Below, one piece after another: positions 13,146 through 25,200 of a DNA stretch of 64,000 bases (its first letter is position 1; each line of letters begins with the position of its first letter). Under the pieces are notes generated by a model, which ran no database searches, was not told the origin of the DNA, and saw nothing but the letters and a program-made list of their open reading frames with translations. A program made the position numbers and the translations under genes. Source of the stretch: Owenia fusiformis (lineage: Eukaryota); NCBI GenBank assembly GCA_903813345.2, contig CAIIXF020000001.1, positions 46,748,001-46,812,000 of the forward strand, written 5' to 3'.

Positions 13146-16100
13146 TTAATCATCTGGAATAGGAGTATTACAGTTACCATGGTATATATTTATATAACCC
13201 TCACATGTGAAGTATTGATTGAAGACATTCTTGTATCCATTCTCCCTCCACCATGTACATAACTGTCTATTCCAAGTACATGGTAACACATAAAACAATT
13301 CTTCATGTTCAAGATTTATCAGACTAAAAAAATCCTGATCTCCAAGATGGCCTTTGTAAGTGTATTTTTCAGTATATTCCTTTAATGTATCTTGATTAAT
13401 AAGTGAGTTGTAAAGCTCCGACTGACGCATGCGATCCAAATCAAGTAACATGACACCGCTGTTAAATCCAGTAAGGCCATCTGGTGGAGGGGCACCTGCT
13501 CGAGTGTTTGGATGTTTGTTGCGATACACATTCAAGAGATGTCTATATACCGGCTGCATTTCACGTGCTATTCCAATAACATTGTCTTGAGCAAATTCAC
13601 CGAACAACATATATAAATCTTTGATGTTTCCACGAAATTTTAAATCTGCATCTAGCATTATAACTCTTTGTACATCTGGAAGAACTCTATGGATTGCAAT
13701 GGATAAAAAGAATAGTGCATCGCTGTAATAGGCCCCTGGTTTGTAGCTAAAATATTTTTGCATCGGTTTAACGATCTCGTGCAATTGTTTCGCCATGGCA
13801 TCAACATCATGATGGATCAACTGAAAATCAAATAAACACTGATATAGACAAAGATCATCAACAGTTAATACATCATAGTGACCTTTGGGCATGTAGCACA
13901 AATTAACCCCACATACGATTCTTATTTACCAGCAATTCAATTAACCAAATTGAATTTTATGTCTTCCTTGAGGGTATTTTGTAATTCCTGAAAATTCTGA
14001 CTTAGGCATATACAGTTTGCATAGTTGTTTATTTGTCAATTAAATCGATTTTAAATGTACAGGCAACTGACACCCATACGGGTGTATATAGTTACATATG
14101 ATTATATTACATAATTGTATTAATCAAGATGACAAGATATAAAACTGTTTTTTAAGATAGAAAGTTAGAAGAAAAGTGATAGAAGAGAAAGAAATATACA
14201 TATATAAAAGCACATATAGCTAAATGTTATACAGATTAATTTAATACTTGTCCAGATAATACTTTTTCAAATCTGACTTAAATTTATTTCTAGAATTCAG
14301 ATGTTTAAAAGTTTCAGGTAATTCATTCCATGTTATTTGTCCTATGTATTTAATGCTCCTTTGTCCAAATGTAGATTTAAATTGATTAGCTCTAAGATTG
14401 AATCTATAACGTGTCTCTTGACCATGAGTTTGAGCATTTGATATGAAGTAGTCAGAGAATAAAGTTTGAGGAAATTCTTTAGGTCGTTTGAGACAATTAT
14501 ATACAAAAATACCGACATTTAGCTTATGAATATCTTCTAATTTAAGTATTTTTATTTTCTTAAATTGTGGAGAGGAATCGTCTGTTCTAGCACTGTTTGT
14601 AATTAGTCTTAAGAATCTTTTTTGTACTTTCAAAATTTGAAACAATAGAGCTTTAGTTGCTGTTCCCCAGATAAGAATACAATAATTTATATGGCTATAT
14701 ATAAGAGAGTAATAGATAGACATCATTGCAGTGTGATTTATCTTATTTTTGACCTTGAAAGGAATTCCTACTACTTGTGAAATTTTGGTAGATACATGAG
14801 CAATATGCTCATTCCATTTAAGTTTATCATCGATAATAACTCCAAGGAAAGTGGTCTTTGAAATTCTTTCAATAGGTTTATTTCTAATTTTAATATTTAG
14901 CATTTTTATTTCAGATTCTTTTAATTTGTGTGGATGAAAGATCATGAATTTTGATTTTTCTATATTAAGCGATAGTTTATTTGCACATAGCCATTCGTCA
15001 AGATTTTCTAATTCAGAGTTAACATGATTAATGAGAGTACTTAGGTTTTTATGTGAGCAGAGAAGGTTTGTATCATCAGCAAAGATAACAAATTTAAATA
15101 TAGAAGATGTCGTAACAATGTCATTGATGTAAATAAGAAACAGAATAGGTCCAAGGATCGAGCCCTGTGGAACCCCGCAGGTGACTGTGTTGGTTTTGGA
15201 AGTCTTGTCATTATATTCTGTTTCCTGAGTTCGGTTTGAAAGATAGCTAATGAACCACTTATGTGCATTTCCCCTGATTCCATAATAGTATAATTTTTGA
15301 AGAAGTATTTCATGATTAACCATATCAAATGCTTTAGACAAGTCGATGAAAATGGCAATATTAAGATCTTTCTTTTCAATTGACTGGATTAATGTTTCTA
15401 AGAAGCTGGTAATAGCCATATATGTAGATCTGTTTTTTCTAAAGCCAAATTGCTGTTCACAGAAGATATTATATTTCTCTAGAAAATCTACAAGTCGATT
15501 TGCCATTACTCGCTCCAATACTTTAGAGAATACTGATAATAGGGAAATTGGTCTGTAGTTATTGAATTTAGTTTCATCCTCCTTTTTAAATATAGGCTTG
15601 ACCTTTGCTTTTTTTAGTAAGTCTGGAAATGTTGCTGTTGAAAGAGAGAGGTTGCATATATATGTCAGAGGTATAATTAAATTATCCTTGACTGTTTTTA
15701 TTGAAATTGGTTTGATTTGATCTTGACCAGGGCTTTTGTCTTCAAGTTCTTGTAAGATTTTGCTCATTTCATCATTTGAGACATCTGATAAAAATATTGA
15801 CCTATTGAAATTTTTTATTTTTTCTAAATAATACCTGGGCTGTTTTTGAGAGATTGGAATTTTTCTAGCAAGGTTGTTTCCAATATTAGAGAAAAAATTG
15901 TTGAAGTTGTTTGCAATTTCTTGTGGTTCCTTAAAGTGCTTATCTCCTGATCTAAATGTAGTAGAAATTTTTTTGGGGAGATTTTTCGCTTAAGGATGCC
16001 ATTTATTAATGACCATATGTCCTTCATGCTTCCTTTGATTTTATCAAATTTATTGTCATAATATAGCTTCTCAGCTTTCCTTAAAGTTTTGCGAAGAACA

Positions 16101-18865
16101 CATTTATACTTTTTGTATTCAGATTTTCGTGCTTGTGAAGGATTTTTCAAATATTTCTTGTACAGACTGTTTTTTTGTTTACAAGAATTGATATAATTGA
16201 TATAATTCACCAAATTCAAGATGTTTATTTGAGATCGAAATTTTCATTGAATCAATTCTCATATTAATGACAAGGGATACTAGCATGTCGGATGCCCACT
16301 TGTCAACATTAGTGGGAGGACATTTAATTGATTCATTGAGGGGGAGTGTGTTATGGTGATTTCATGAGACTGAAGATTGTCTATTCTTGAATATTTTCAA
16401 AGAAGGACGGAAAGAATCGCAACAGATTTCGGACAGTCATATGTTGGATTTTGTCTATTTTCTGAGGATTTAAACAGGTGCATATGTTAGGCCAATATAT
16501 TACCTCCAGGAAAAGCATAGAGATGATAAAACAATTTTGACTGAGACAGGGAAGATGCAAACAACCTACCCACATGTTTTTCTGAAATGTTGGCCTGATA
16601 TTCAACCCCTTCCACCCATGCTTTTTCAAATTTTGTTGCATCAATATTTTGTATTTTGACACACAGTTAACCTCTTTAAAGGAATAAGTAATTCCTTCAG
16701 GGGTTTTAAAGATATCCATTATGGGTGACCAAAAAAGGCTAAAACCAATGGATCGCATGAGCTTTCCCTATTTATCCCAAAGGAATAAGTGTACTTATTC
16801 CTTGTATAAAGAGGTTAACCGTGTCTCAAAACGTAATATATTGATGCAACAAAAATTGAAAAAGCAGGGGTGGAAGGGGTTGCATGTTGAAAATCTGAGG
16901 AACATTTCAGAAAAAAAACATTTTGGTGGGTTGTTTGCATCTTCCCCGTCTCAAAGTCAAATTATTTTAGCATCTCTATGAGTGCTTTTCCTGGAGGCAA
17001 TGCATTGGCCTAGTAACATGCACCTGTTTAAATCCTCAGAAAATAGACAAAATCCAACATATGACTATCCGAAATCTGTTGCATTCATCTGATCACCTCT
17101 GATTGACAATGGAACATAATCTATTAGCTATATTGGGTAAGCTAAATGCACATAGTCAATATTTCATCAAAACAATAATTGATCATGTTCACTTATGATG
17201 TTTTTACAGGTTTATTGATTGTTCTATTTTTATGTTACAATAACTGTGGTATGAAATATTGATCTATATTGTCAATGCATTGCTCACCCAGGAAACACTG
17301 TTATTGTTGCAAAGTTATCTGGAAATACTACATGTATTCAGAAGAATGAAAGACACCTAGGTTATCCACTAGGAAGTATTGAATATGGTTTTATTCCAAG
17401 GTACAACATGATATTAACCAAAAAGTATAACATTTTCAAAATTTCTGGACTTTATCCTGATTCTCAAAGCACAAAATTCTCTAACCAAAATCTTTGTTTT
17501 GTCAATAAAAAATGAAGTAATAGAGCCAAACTATTAATTAACTACTGATTTTAGGAGTTTTTATTTTTTTGGAAAAATAATTATTGCAAACGTTCGTCTA
17601 GTGTTTGGCCAATGCCATGAATGTGATACCAGCAACAACGTTACGTTGGTTAGATCTAGTTATATTTCAAATGGTCTCTAGTGCTGGGCACTTTTACGGC
17701 TTATTAGACCAAATAAGCCAAAAATTATGATATTATAACAACAGAGTTTGAGATACAGCATGCCATCAACCAAACTTCAAATTGCGGGACATACTAGTAC
17801 TGTAGTACAAGTTTACAAAGTTTGAGGATTAGAGAATAATGAACTTTTTAATGCTGGTAGTCCTTCTTTATGCCTGGGGGGTTCACTGTATGTAAACCTT
17901 GACGGGGATCCTCGGCGCACATGGGGTACCTTTTTTGACATTTGGTATGGCAATGGACCCAAATTTTAGAATCTGGTATGAGAATGGCCCCCAAATTATG
18001 ACTTTTGAGGAATGGCAATTGTCGGATTTTTCCACTTTCTGGTATGAGAATGGTCATGGAAAATACATTACCTCTCACTTGTGGTGAGGTATTGGTTTAG
18101 TTGTTACACAAATCCTTAATTTGAGGTTGTTTTGGATCGTTTTCCTCAAAGATTTGTCTTCTTCCCAAGGCTTTAGATATTTTGAAACCCCTTGGTCTTA
18201 TATCTGGATATTTGGTACGACATTGGTCCTATATTTGGACATTTTTTGGGTTATTTTGGTTGGTATAGGAACACATTGGAAATTGACAGATTGGTATGGG
18301 AATACATATTGATATCTGAGGGTTCAGACTAGGACCCCCATCAGCTTTTGTATACAGTGAACCCCCTGGGTCTTTATGTTAGATTTCTTGCCAATTGTCT
18401 ATAGGTTCTAAAAGACATACTTACTTTATGTTTTACTGAAACATACTTGATTGTTTCATCCAGAATTTGTTTTGCTATTTTTTGACTCGGCTCATCTCCG
18501 ATGATGTGGAATTTAATATCTATGGTGGAATGTTTCAAAAGAGACGAAACTGTCACCTTGAATTTATCTCGTAATGCATAGTTATGCTCTGCTTTTGTGA
18601 ATGTCACAATTACGTCAATTTCATTTACATTTTCACTGATTCTCCTGTCAGATCTGTCATTTTTGCCATCATTTCCTTTTTCAGAAATGGGGTCCAAATT
18701 GTTTTTGATTCTAATGTTGTTTGTTTCGCTTGTAAACGTTGACTTGTTAGCGATCTGATAGAACAAATATATGGAAACTATAACTGTGATGAAAATAAGA
18801 ACCTGGAGTATCCGAGATCGTAGAATCCTCATCATAAATTGGAAACAAAAATCTTTAAAGTTCAT
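13146..18865 (-). CDS. XXYLT1: Xyloside xylosyltransferase 1 (GT8 family, type II membrane protein), ~371 aa
   Basis: Exons 18865-18425 and 13820-13146 joined in phase 0 (GTAAGT...TTTCAG). N-terminal TM anchor. Motifs YYSDALFFLS, DAD (DxD), IAREMQPVYRH, GFNSGV, GHLGDQDFF, LPCTWNRQLC, YHGNCNTPIP. The start could be one of the nearby downstream ATGs. Confidence 0.93.
14020..16219 (-). mobile_element. 5'-truncated non-LTR retrotransposon (CR1/L2-group LINE) in the XXYLT1 intron
   Basis: The 508-aa ORF 14241-15767 has RT motifs NYRPISLL, QFGFR, DLSKAFD, GVPQGSILGP, FADD and FLG. The upstream ORF2 portion is frameshifted (15824-16219). No endonuclease domain or ORF1 is visible. A 3' UTR with AATAAA lies near 14030. 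Confidence 0.9.
14241..15767 (-). pseudogene. LINE reverse transcriptase domain (ORF2 fragment)
   Basis: Open 508-aa frame with all RT core motifs, disconnected from the upstream ORF2 sequence. Confidence 0.85.
16400..17082. mobile_element. Fold-back MITE, same family as 53035-53745 (right end truncated)
   Basis: Arms of ~300 bp are inverted copies (GCAACAGATTTCGGA...TCCGAAATCTGTTGC). Colinear with 53035-53745. Confidence 0.8.
17873..18370. mobile_element. MITE, unclassified
   Basis: TIRs CCTGGGGGGTTCACTGTAT and ATACAGTGAACCCCCTGGG. No clear TSD. Confidence 0.65.
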
Positions 18866-19084
18866 TTTCGAAAAATGAAAACAAAGGTGTTTCCCCTAAA
18901 TTTTATAGTCTCAATGGTATAACTTTTTCTTAAAAATAATAGATTCAGATAATATACAAAATTTTATTTGTTGAAATGTAGTGCTATATTATATATTTGA
19001 CAGTATTATTAAGAAAATATAGTTATGCAACACTATTATACGTGGAATATTTCAGTTTAAGCAGCATTGTAAAATAGGAATCCC

Positions 19085-19242
19085 GTGAATGACGTAAATT
19101 TGTTCAACATTTTAAGCCAATCAGGTTGCAGATATTTGACCTACTTTCAAAATATGAAATTTTTAAAAATATAAAATTTCGATAACTCGATTCTTATCTT
19201 ATATTAGCAAAAATAATCCATTTTTGATGGTAAACAGTAAGT
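19085..19242. promoter_or_regulatory. Putative shared XXYLT1/MIIP divergent promoter and MIIP 5'-UTR donor
   Basis: TGACGT at 19090 and AGCCAATCAG at 19115-19124, about 230 bp upstream of the XXYLT1 ATG. Plus-strand GTAAGT donor at 19237. Acceptor TTTTTAG ends ~22175, upstream of the MIIP ATG. Confidence 0.35.
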
Positions 19243-19387
19243 ATTGGCTTTTGTAATAGTTATAGCTTTTAAAGAACTAAATATTCGGATAGCAAGTCTG
19301 TGAAACAGTGTGCACTGTATCTTGGCCCCAAAAATAAATTGGTGTTGAAAAATCAACCAGTCACACAGACAACACATTTATGGGGGT

Positions 19388-19509
19388 CACAGGAAGTTGT
19401 ATTAAGTCCTTTTTGGGCCATTCATCTGTTCCGTGAGATTGGGGGAGGGCTAGACTATATCCTCTAGTCTGAAATTTTGGCAGAAGGGTCCGTTATACAA
19501 CTTCCTGTG
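19388..19509. mobile_element. 122-bp MITE with 8-bp TSD (P- or hAT-like)
   Basis: TIR CACAGGAAGTTGTAT / ATACAACTTCCTGTG. TSD ATGGGGGT at 19380-19387 and 19510-19517. Confidence 0.8.
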
Positions 19510-19612
19510 ATGGGGGTAGGCCACGGATAATGGGAAGTTCTCCATATATCTATAGGATACTCCAGGTAAGGCATCTTGAATCAGAAAAAATGCACATGCT
19601 ATCTATTGCAAG

Positions 19613-20087
19613 TTACTCGAGTCTCTAGCTTACAGCTAGATGAAACTTCATTGATTTCGTATGTACTGTGCTACACGCACCTACACGCACCTAGAACTCA
19701 CTTTTAATAAATTTTATAAATATTTTTAAGAATATTAATCATATTTAGGATGAAGCGTTGCTTGTCTGGATTTAGATATTTCAAAATTTCATTTCGGAGT
19801 TTTGACACATGGTGAAATTTTCTCGCTGTAGCTAAAAATGGCTTCCGGTTCTCAGGGACGTGAATAACATTTGAAATTATTCTCGCTTAAAGAAATCAAA
19901 TATAACAATAGATTCAGACGGGGATGTGAGCTGATGTTCTTCAAATCTATACATGAAGGTATATTTCATATTATTATGCCATATTTACTGTGCGTGTGAC
20001 ACAATGATTTACAATATTTATAATACTAAGGCAGCTCAATCTTCCTCCTCAAAGCCGGAATATAGAGAAGGCTTTGGACCGAAGTAA
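19613..20087. mobile_element. 475-bp insertion nested in the left TIR of the 19593-21336 element
   Basis: TSD ATTGCAAG at 19605-19612 and 20088-20095. Short imperfect TIR TTACT...AGTAA. Absent from copy 2. Confidence 0.75.
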
Positions 20088-20569
20088 ATTGCAAGACTTA
20101 CGCCTGCCACAGCCATCGCCATGTTAATCAGTGTTTTTAAGTAGCGCAAGGATCCTGCCATGACCGTGGTAGTGTTATCGTGTAAGCCTGGTATAACCGT
20201 GACAGGCTGGTATAACCGTGACAATGCTGTATTATATTCCAAGGCCTGTCATGACCCTGGAAGTGTTATCGTGGAAGCCTGGCGCGACCGTAGCCTTTAT
20301 TGTGGTTTATAAGCGAATCTGAACATTAATGTACAGTAGTAATTTTGATTTTGACATGATTAAGGTAGTTAAACACCATGATCATAGTGTTCAACTGTTT
20401 AATTGTAATGACAATCACTTAAAATTGTTAAGGATATTCCAAGCATTAATGTCATACATATTTACTAGTCATTGCAATACATTATAACGGTCATTGTAGG
20501 ACTAAGCCTAAATTTCTACATTACCACCCTCATACCTGGCCTTGCAATACTATATTACATTGTCACGGT

Positions 20570-20754
20570 AAGGCCCGTAGCTAGAATTTTCCAAGGGGGG
20601 TTCGTTTTTCTAAAAAATTCTAGGGGGGGTTCACTTTGGCAAATATGGCCAAAAATCACTCAAAAAGTAGTCAGAATGGTGAAAAACTGCATGATTTTGA
20701 AAGAAATTTTGGCCAGGGGGGGGTTCGCCCGAACCCCCCCTGGCTACGGGCCTG
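20570..20754. mobile_element. GC-ended MITE nested in the 19593-21336 element; relatives at ~40580-40780 and ~41335-41505
   Basis: TIR AGGCCCGTAGC / GCTACGGGCCT, flanked by duplicated ACGGT. The core AATGGTGAAAAACTGCATGATTTTGAAAGA is shared (1-3 mismatches) with the two other copies. Confidence 0.75.
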
Positions 20755-22214
20755 ACGGTCATACCAGGCTTAACGATCCCATAAAACATTGTCACGGTCA
20801 TGCCAGGTTTTCAAATACACATGGTCACGGTCACTTATATCAATCATACATTTCTACATTACCACTCTCATACCCGAACTTGGAATACTATATCACATTG
20901 CCACGGCGGTCATACCAAGCCTTGCGATACTATATTACATTGTCATGGGCATGCCAGGCCTTGCAGTACTATATTACATTGGCACGCTCATGCCAGGCTT
21001 TGCAATTCACATTGTCATGGTTATAGCAGTCCTAATCGTAAATTTCTACATTACCACTCTCATACCTGAACTTGCAATACTATATTACATTGTCATGGTC
21101 ATGCCAGTCCTTGAAGTACTATGTTACATTGTCACGGTCATGCCAAGCCTTGCAGAACTATATTACATTGTCACGGTCATGGCAGGCATTGCAATATAAT
21201 ACAGCATTGTCGTGGTTATACCAGGCTTTCACGATAACATTACCACGGTCATGGCAGGATCCTTGCGCTACATAAAAACACTGAATAACATGGTGACGGT
21301 TACGCCAGGCGTTAGTCTTGCAACAGATAGGGTCTCAAAAAATGGCCTCCGCCCTGAGATATCATTATTCACTGGCATTACAACTGTCTATACTGTAGTC
21401 TAAATTCATAAACAGCACTTTCAAAAGGTTTATACTAGTAATATCACGATCACCTCTTATTTGTTTTGAATTTTTTGTTATGGAATAAGACCAAATTTGG
21501 CGATTCAAAATCTGAAGCGGGAAAAATATTCGAAATGGCGGCTTGAATTTGTAATTACAACATCCTTCAGATCGGCCTATTCACTCATAACAGGCGGAGC
21601 AGGGATCAATTCAAAATTCTCCGATTTGGTTCATTATCTGACCGAAGCCAGTTTGAGGTGAGAATCAGGAGAATCGTGTAAACATGCAAAAATTTTTTGT
21701 TTTACATTGGATTGAAATGATTTGAGTTTCAGCAGTCTCAGTCATTTAACAGGCCTATATACTTTTTAAGATATCTGAGGTATCAAGCAGTGGGTAGAAT
21801 TGAAGGTGTTGAAATTCAGACATGGGTGTTTTAATCCTGAGCTTACATGTAGGTGTTCAAAAACAGAACAATGTTATGTGTTAAACCTGCATGGTCAGTC
21901 ACTTATGTTGGGTGCCCTCATGTTGGCTGCGGCATAGACATGTATCATCTCATTCATCTGTTATCAACTTAGTTATTTCAGATTTAATGTCTAGTTATAT
22001 AAGTCACTAGTACCAGTCATATCTGATCTTTCACTAGATATTGCGGTCATCTCAATTTTAATCATGTCATTTTGATACCTCAGAAAGTATCGTTTAAAGC
22101 ACAATGCAAACTATTATTACTTGTGCATAAACTTTGTTAGTAAACATAGCACTGCATTACAAATCATATTTTTAGATTAATATTCTGAGCAGTACTGAAC
22201 ATTACGTAAGACGG

Positions 22215-25200
22215 ATGATGGAGAATCTACGCTCAAAAAACCTGGACCTTCTTCGGAAACTTCAACATGGCCAGCAGAAACTCAAACTTAAATTATCACC
22301 ACGTAGCAACAAAACCACCAGTAGAATTCTTAACTCTGACAGAAGGAGTAATAAAAATGCTCCGAATACACCTGCATCAGCTAGAAGAAAATTAGAAGCA
22401 CTGAAAAAACATCATCTCCATTCAAGCCATCATCGAAAAGCCTTGTCTGAGGATAACAATCAGAAAAACTTAGAATCTTCCCTACTTAATGCTTATGAAT
22501 CCGCCTTAGCTGGGAGCCCTGATTTACGTAACTTCAAGGCAATGTCAAGTACTCCAAAATTTGATTTAAGAACTAAACGTATTACTTCGCCAAAGTTTAG
22601 AATTGGAGTGAGACATTCTCCTAAGATACCATTCAGTAAACTGAGTCTCAAAGAGAAATTGAAAATCGAGGATGAAAATTTAGTGAAAGTGACACCTCCA
22701 AGGCCAACAAAACCGACCATAGATACCCCAAAATCAATTTTGAAGAAACGGAAAATTATCGATGATAACATTGTTGTTGATTCCAAATTTGATCATGGAG
22801 ACCTGTCAAAAAGTAATAGGAATAAACGAGGATTAAACTTCTCCTACTCAAATATTGATGATTCTGTGTACATTCCGCCTTCTCGCTCCACAGAAAAGAA
22901 GAGAAAAGTGAGCCCCAAGAAAGTCCACTATCAGGCTAACAGGTAAACTATCATGTCTATAGTAAGTGTAGTGTATGTATTGTAGGTATATGAATTTTAA
23001 ATTGTAATAACAGCTTTGGAATCAAATATTTAACTACATGTTAAGCATAGCTATAGATATATGTAGGTTACACATATGAATACTCATTGATCAATTGATT
23101 TTATCACCTTTATGAATGTACAAGTTAAAATGTCACATTATTTCAGTTTTCCCATGACTTTGAGGTCACGATTGGAGCCAGACAACCATGATGATCGTTT
23201 AAATGATCCTGGAAATGATCGTTCATACTCAACAATGGTTAGGAATCTTAGTCAGGATCCGAAGTCTATTCTACTTTCAACTGGTGTGAAAACTCCTAAA
23301 AAGGTACTTTTGTCCCATTTTTTAAAAACTTGTTCAATGTATGCTGTATATAATTTGTGTGATCTTTCAAATCATTTTGAGAATGAAAAATGATACCAAA
23401 GATTATCAAAATCAATATCATAAAACCATCAATCGTAGAATCTCTCTAGCCCCACTGTTTATCATTTTCAGACACCAAATAAGGTTCATTTCAAGAACTT
23501 CAGAAATTCAAGTCAGGATTGTGCTAACTCAAGCCATGATGTCTCAAGGCAACACTCATTTTGCAGTCCTGCAAACACCTCCTTGACTGGCTCAGCTAGG
23601 CGCAGGTCAGCACGGCTACAGCAAAGAGATGGTAACCATATCCTCTATTATCAGATTAAATTGAAAATTGCTCCCAGAAAAATAAAAACATTAATTTTTG
23701 GATTTTTCCTCTTATTTATGTTGTTTTTCTTCATCATTTTCATACATAATAATAAAATGTTTAATTTCTGCCAGTGTTGTGTAATATTCTGTAGTTTCAT
23801 CTACATTTACTCATTTTCGAAGCTCATTTAGGTGGTAACAACAGTATTTTGGATTATCACTATCAAAATAATATTTGAATAAAAATAACAATTGACAGGG
23901 GTTTCATGAGATGTCAAACAATAGACAAAAAATATGAAAACAATCGGCAAAAATTATAATTTCAGCATGGTTAGTTAAAGTGTCTGTAAAAACAACAGGA
24001 AATAATGAAACCCCTGGATTAACAATATTTTATAAAACATAAAAAAACTACATGATTGCTGATTCATTGTATATGTATTCTATTGAAGGTCAACAGCCAC
24101 TGCTAGGTTATGACTTCATTGCTGGAATGTTGGATAACACAAAAACATTCAGTGATTTCCCTGATGATTACTTCGAGAATCTCAAAGAGTTCCGTAGAGT
24201 TAATAAAGAAGACTGTGTTAGCAGTGCAAGAGGGTGAGTGAAATATGAATTTCCAAGAGAATATGTATTACTATAGTTGACATGTTAATATCTTACAAGG
24301 CAAAGTTATTAGTTATCACTTGTTTCAACTTATATAAACATTGTCACATCACACAAATTACATCATGCTTACAGTGAACAATTTCCTTACTTCAATCTGT
24401 ATTTTGGTGAGCAGTTTAAATTATTAATCTATCCAGATATTTATCAAGAGTCAGGCATTTTCACGCCCGGTGATCGTGAAAATGGGACGGAGGGGGGAGC
24501 AAGCAATTTCTGGTAGAAAAATGAACAAATCTGCAAACATTATTTTTTTAGAAAAGGTTTATGATTTAATTGGTAAACGAATAGGCGCACGGTATGGTAA
24601 AATATGTCACATATTCTACAAATTTTTTTTAGCCGATTCTCTTCTATAAGATATATAGGTATAAGATCTATTAAAAAAAATGCTACGCCACCAACGTGCA
24701 AAAGTCAATGTTTTTGCTTTAAATCAAGCATCAACGGTCTACACAACCTGCAATAAATATTTGTAAGTGACATTATCATCATAAAATTAATGACCTTAAT
24801 GACTTAACAAAATATGTTTCCATACGTTGTATAAAAAATAATCGAAAATAATTAAAATGGGACTTGCTCCCCCCTCCGTCCCATTTTCACGATCACCTGG
24901 CGTGTTTTATATCTGGATGATCTTTTGCAATGAAATCATTCCTTCATACATTATTCTTTCTAGGCACAGTGCCCTCCTGAAATAAATATAAAAAATAATG
25001 AAATACATATACACGTACTGCGAAATTTAGAGAAAAATCATCTCAGATAGTACATGTACTTCATTTAGTTATAAATATTCTACAGCTCCCATATTTCTTT
25101 CTCCGCATCAAATATTATCAAGAAAAAATTGAAATGAATCTTATATTCTTGTAAGTTGAATTCCAATTTTCCAGAGACAGTATTTATATTTTATATAATA

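Larger units (their letters stand above)
19593..21336. mobile_element. Non-autonomous DNA transposon (8-bp TSD), copy 1, with two nested insertions
   Basis: TSD AAAAAATG at 19585-19592 and 21337-21344. Ends CACATGCTATCTATTGCAAG...GTCTTGCAACAGATAGGGTCTC match copy 2 (46903-47624). Internal ~39-bp tandem repeats. Confidence 0.85.

Noticed and set aside
16381..16981. Similar ORFs on opposite strands here and at 53048-53778 and 30089-31310
   Set aside because: They are mirror translations of MITE inverted arms, not a gene family.
20036..21403. Several hydrophobic repetitive ORFs (also 46803-47766)
   Set aside because: They derive from 39-bp repeats inside a non-autonomous transposon and show no transposase motifs.
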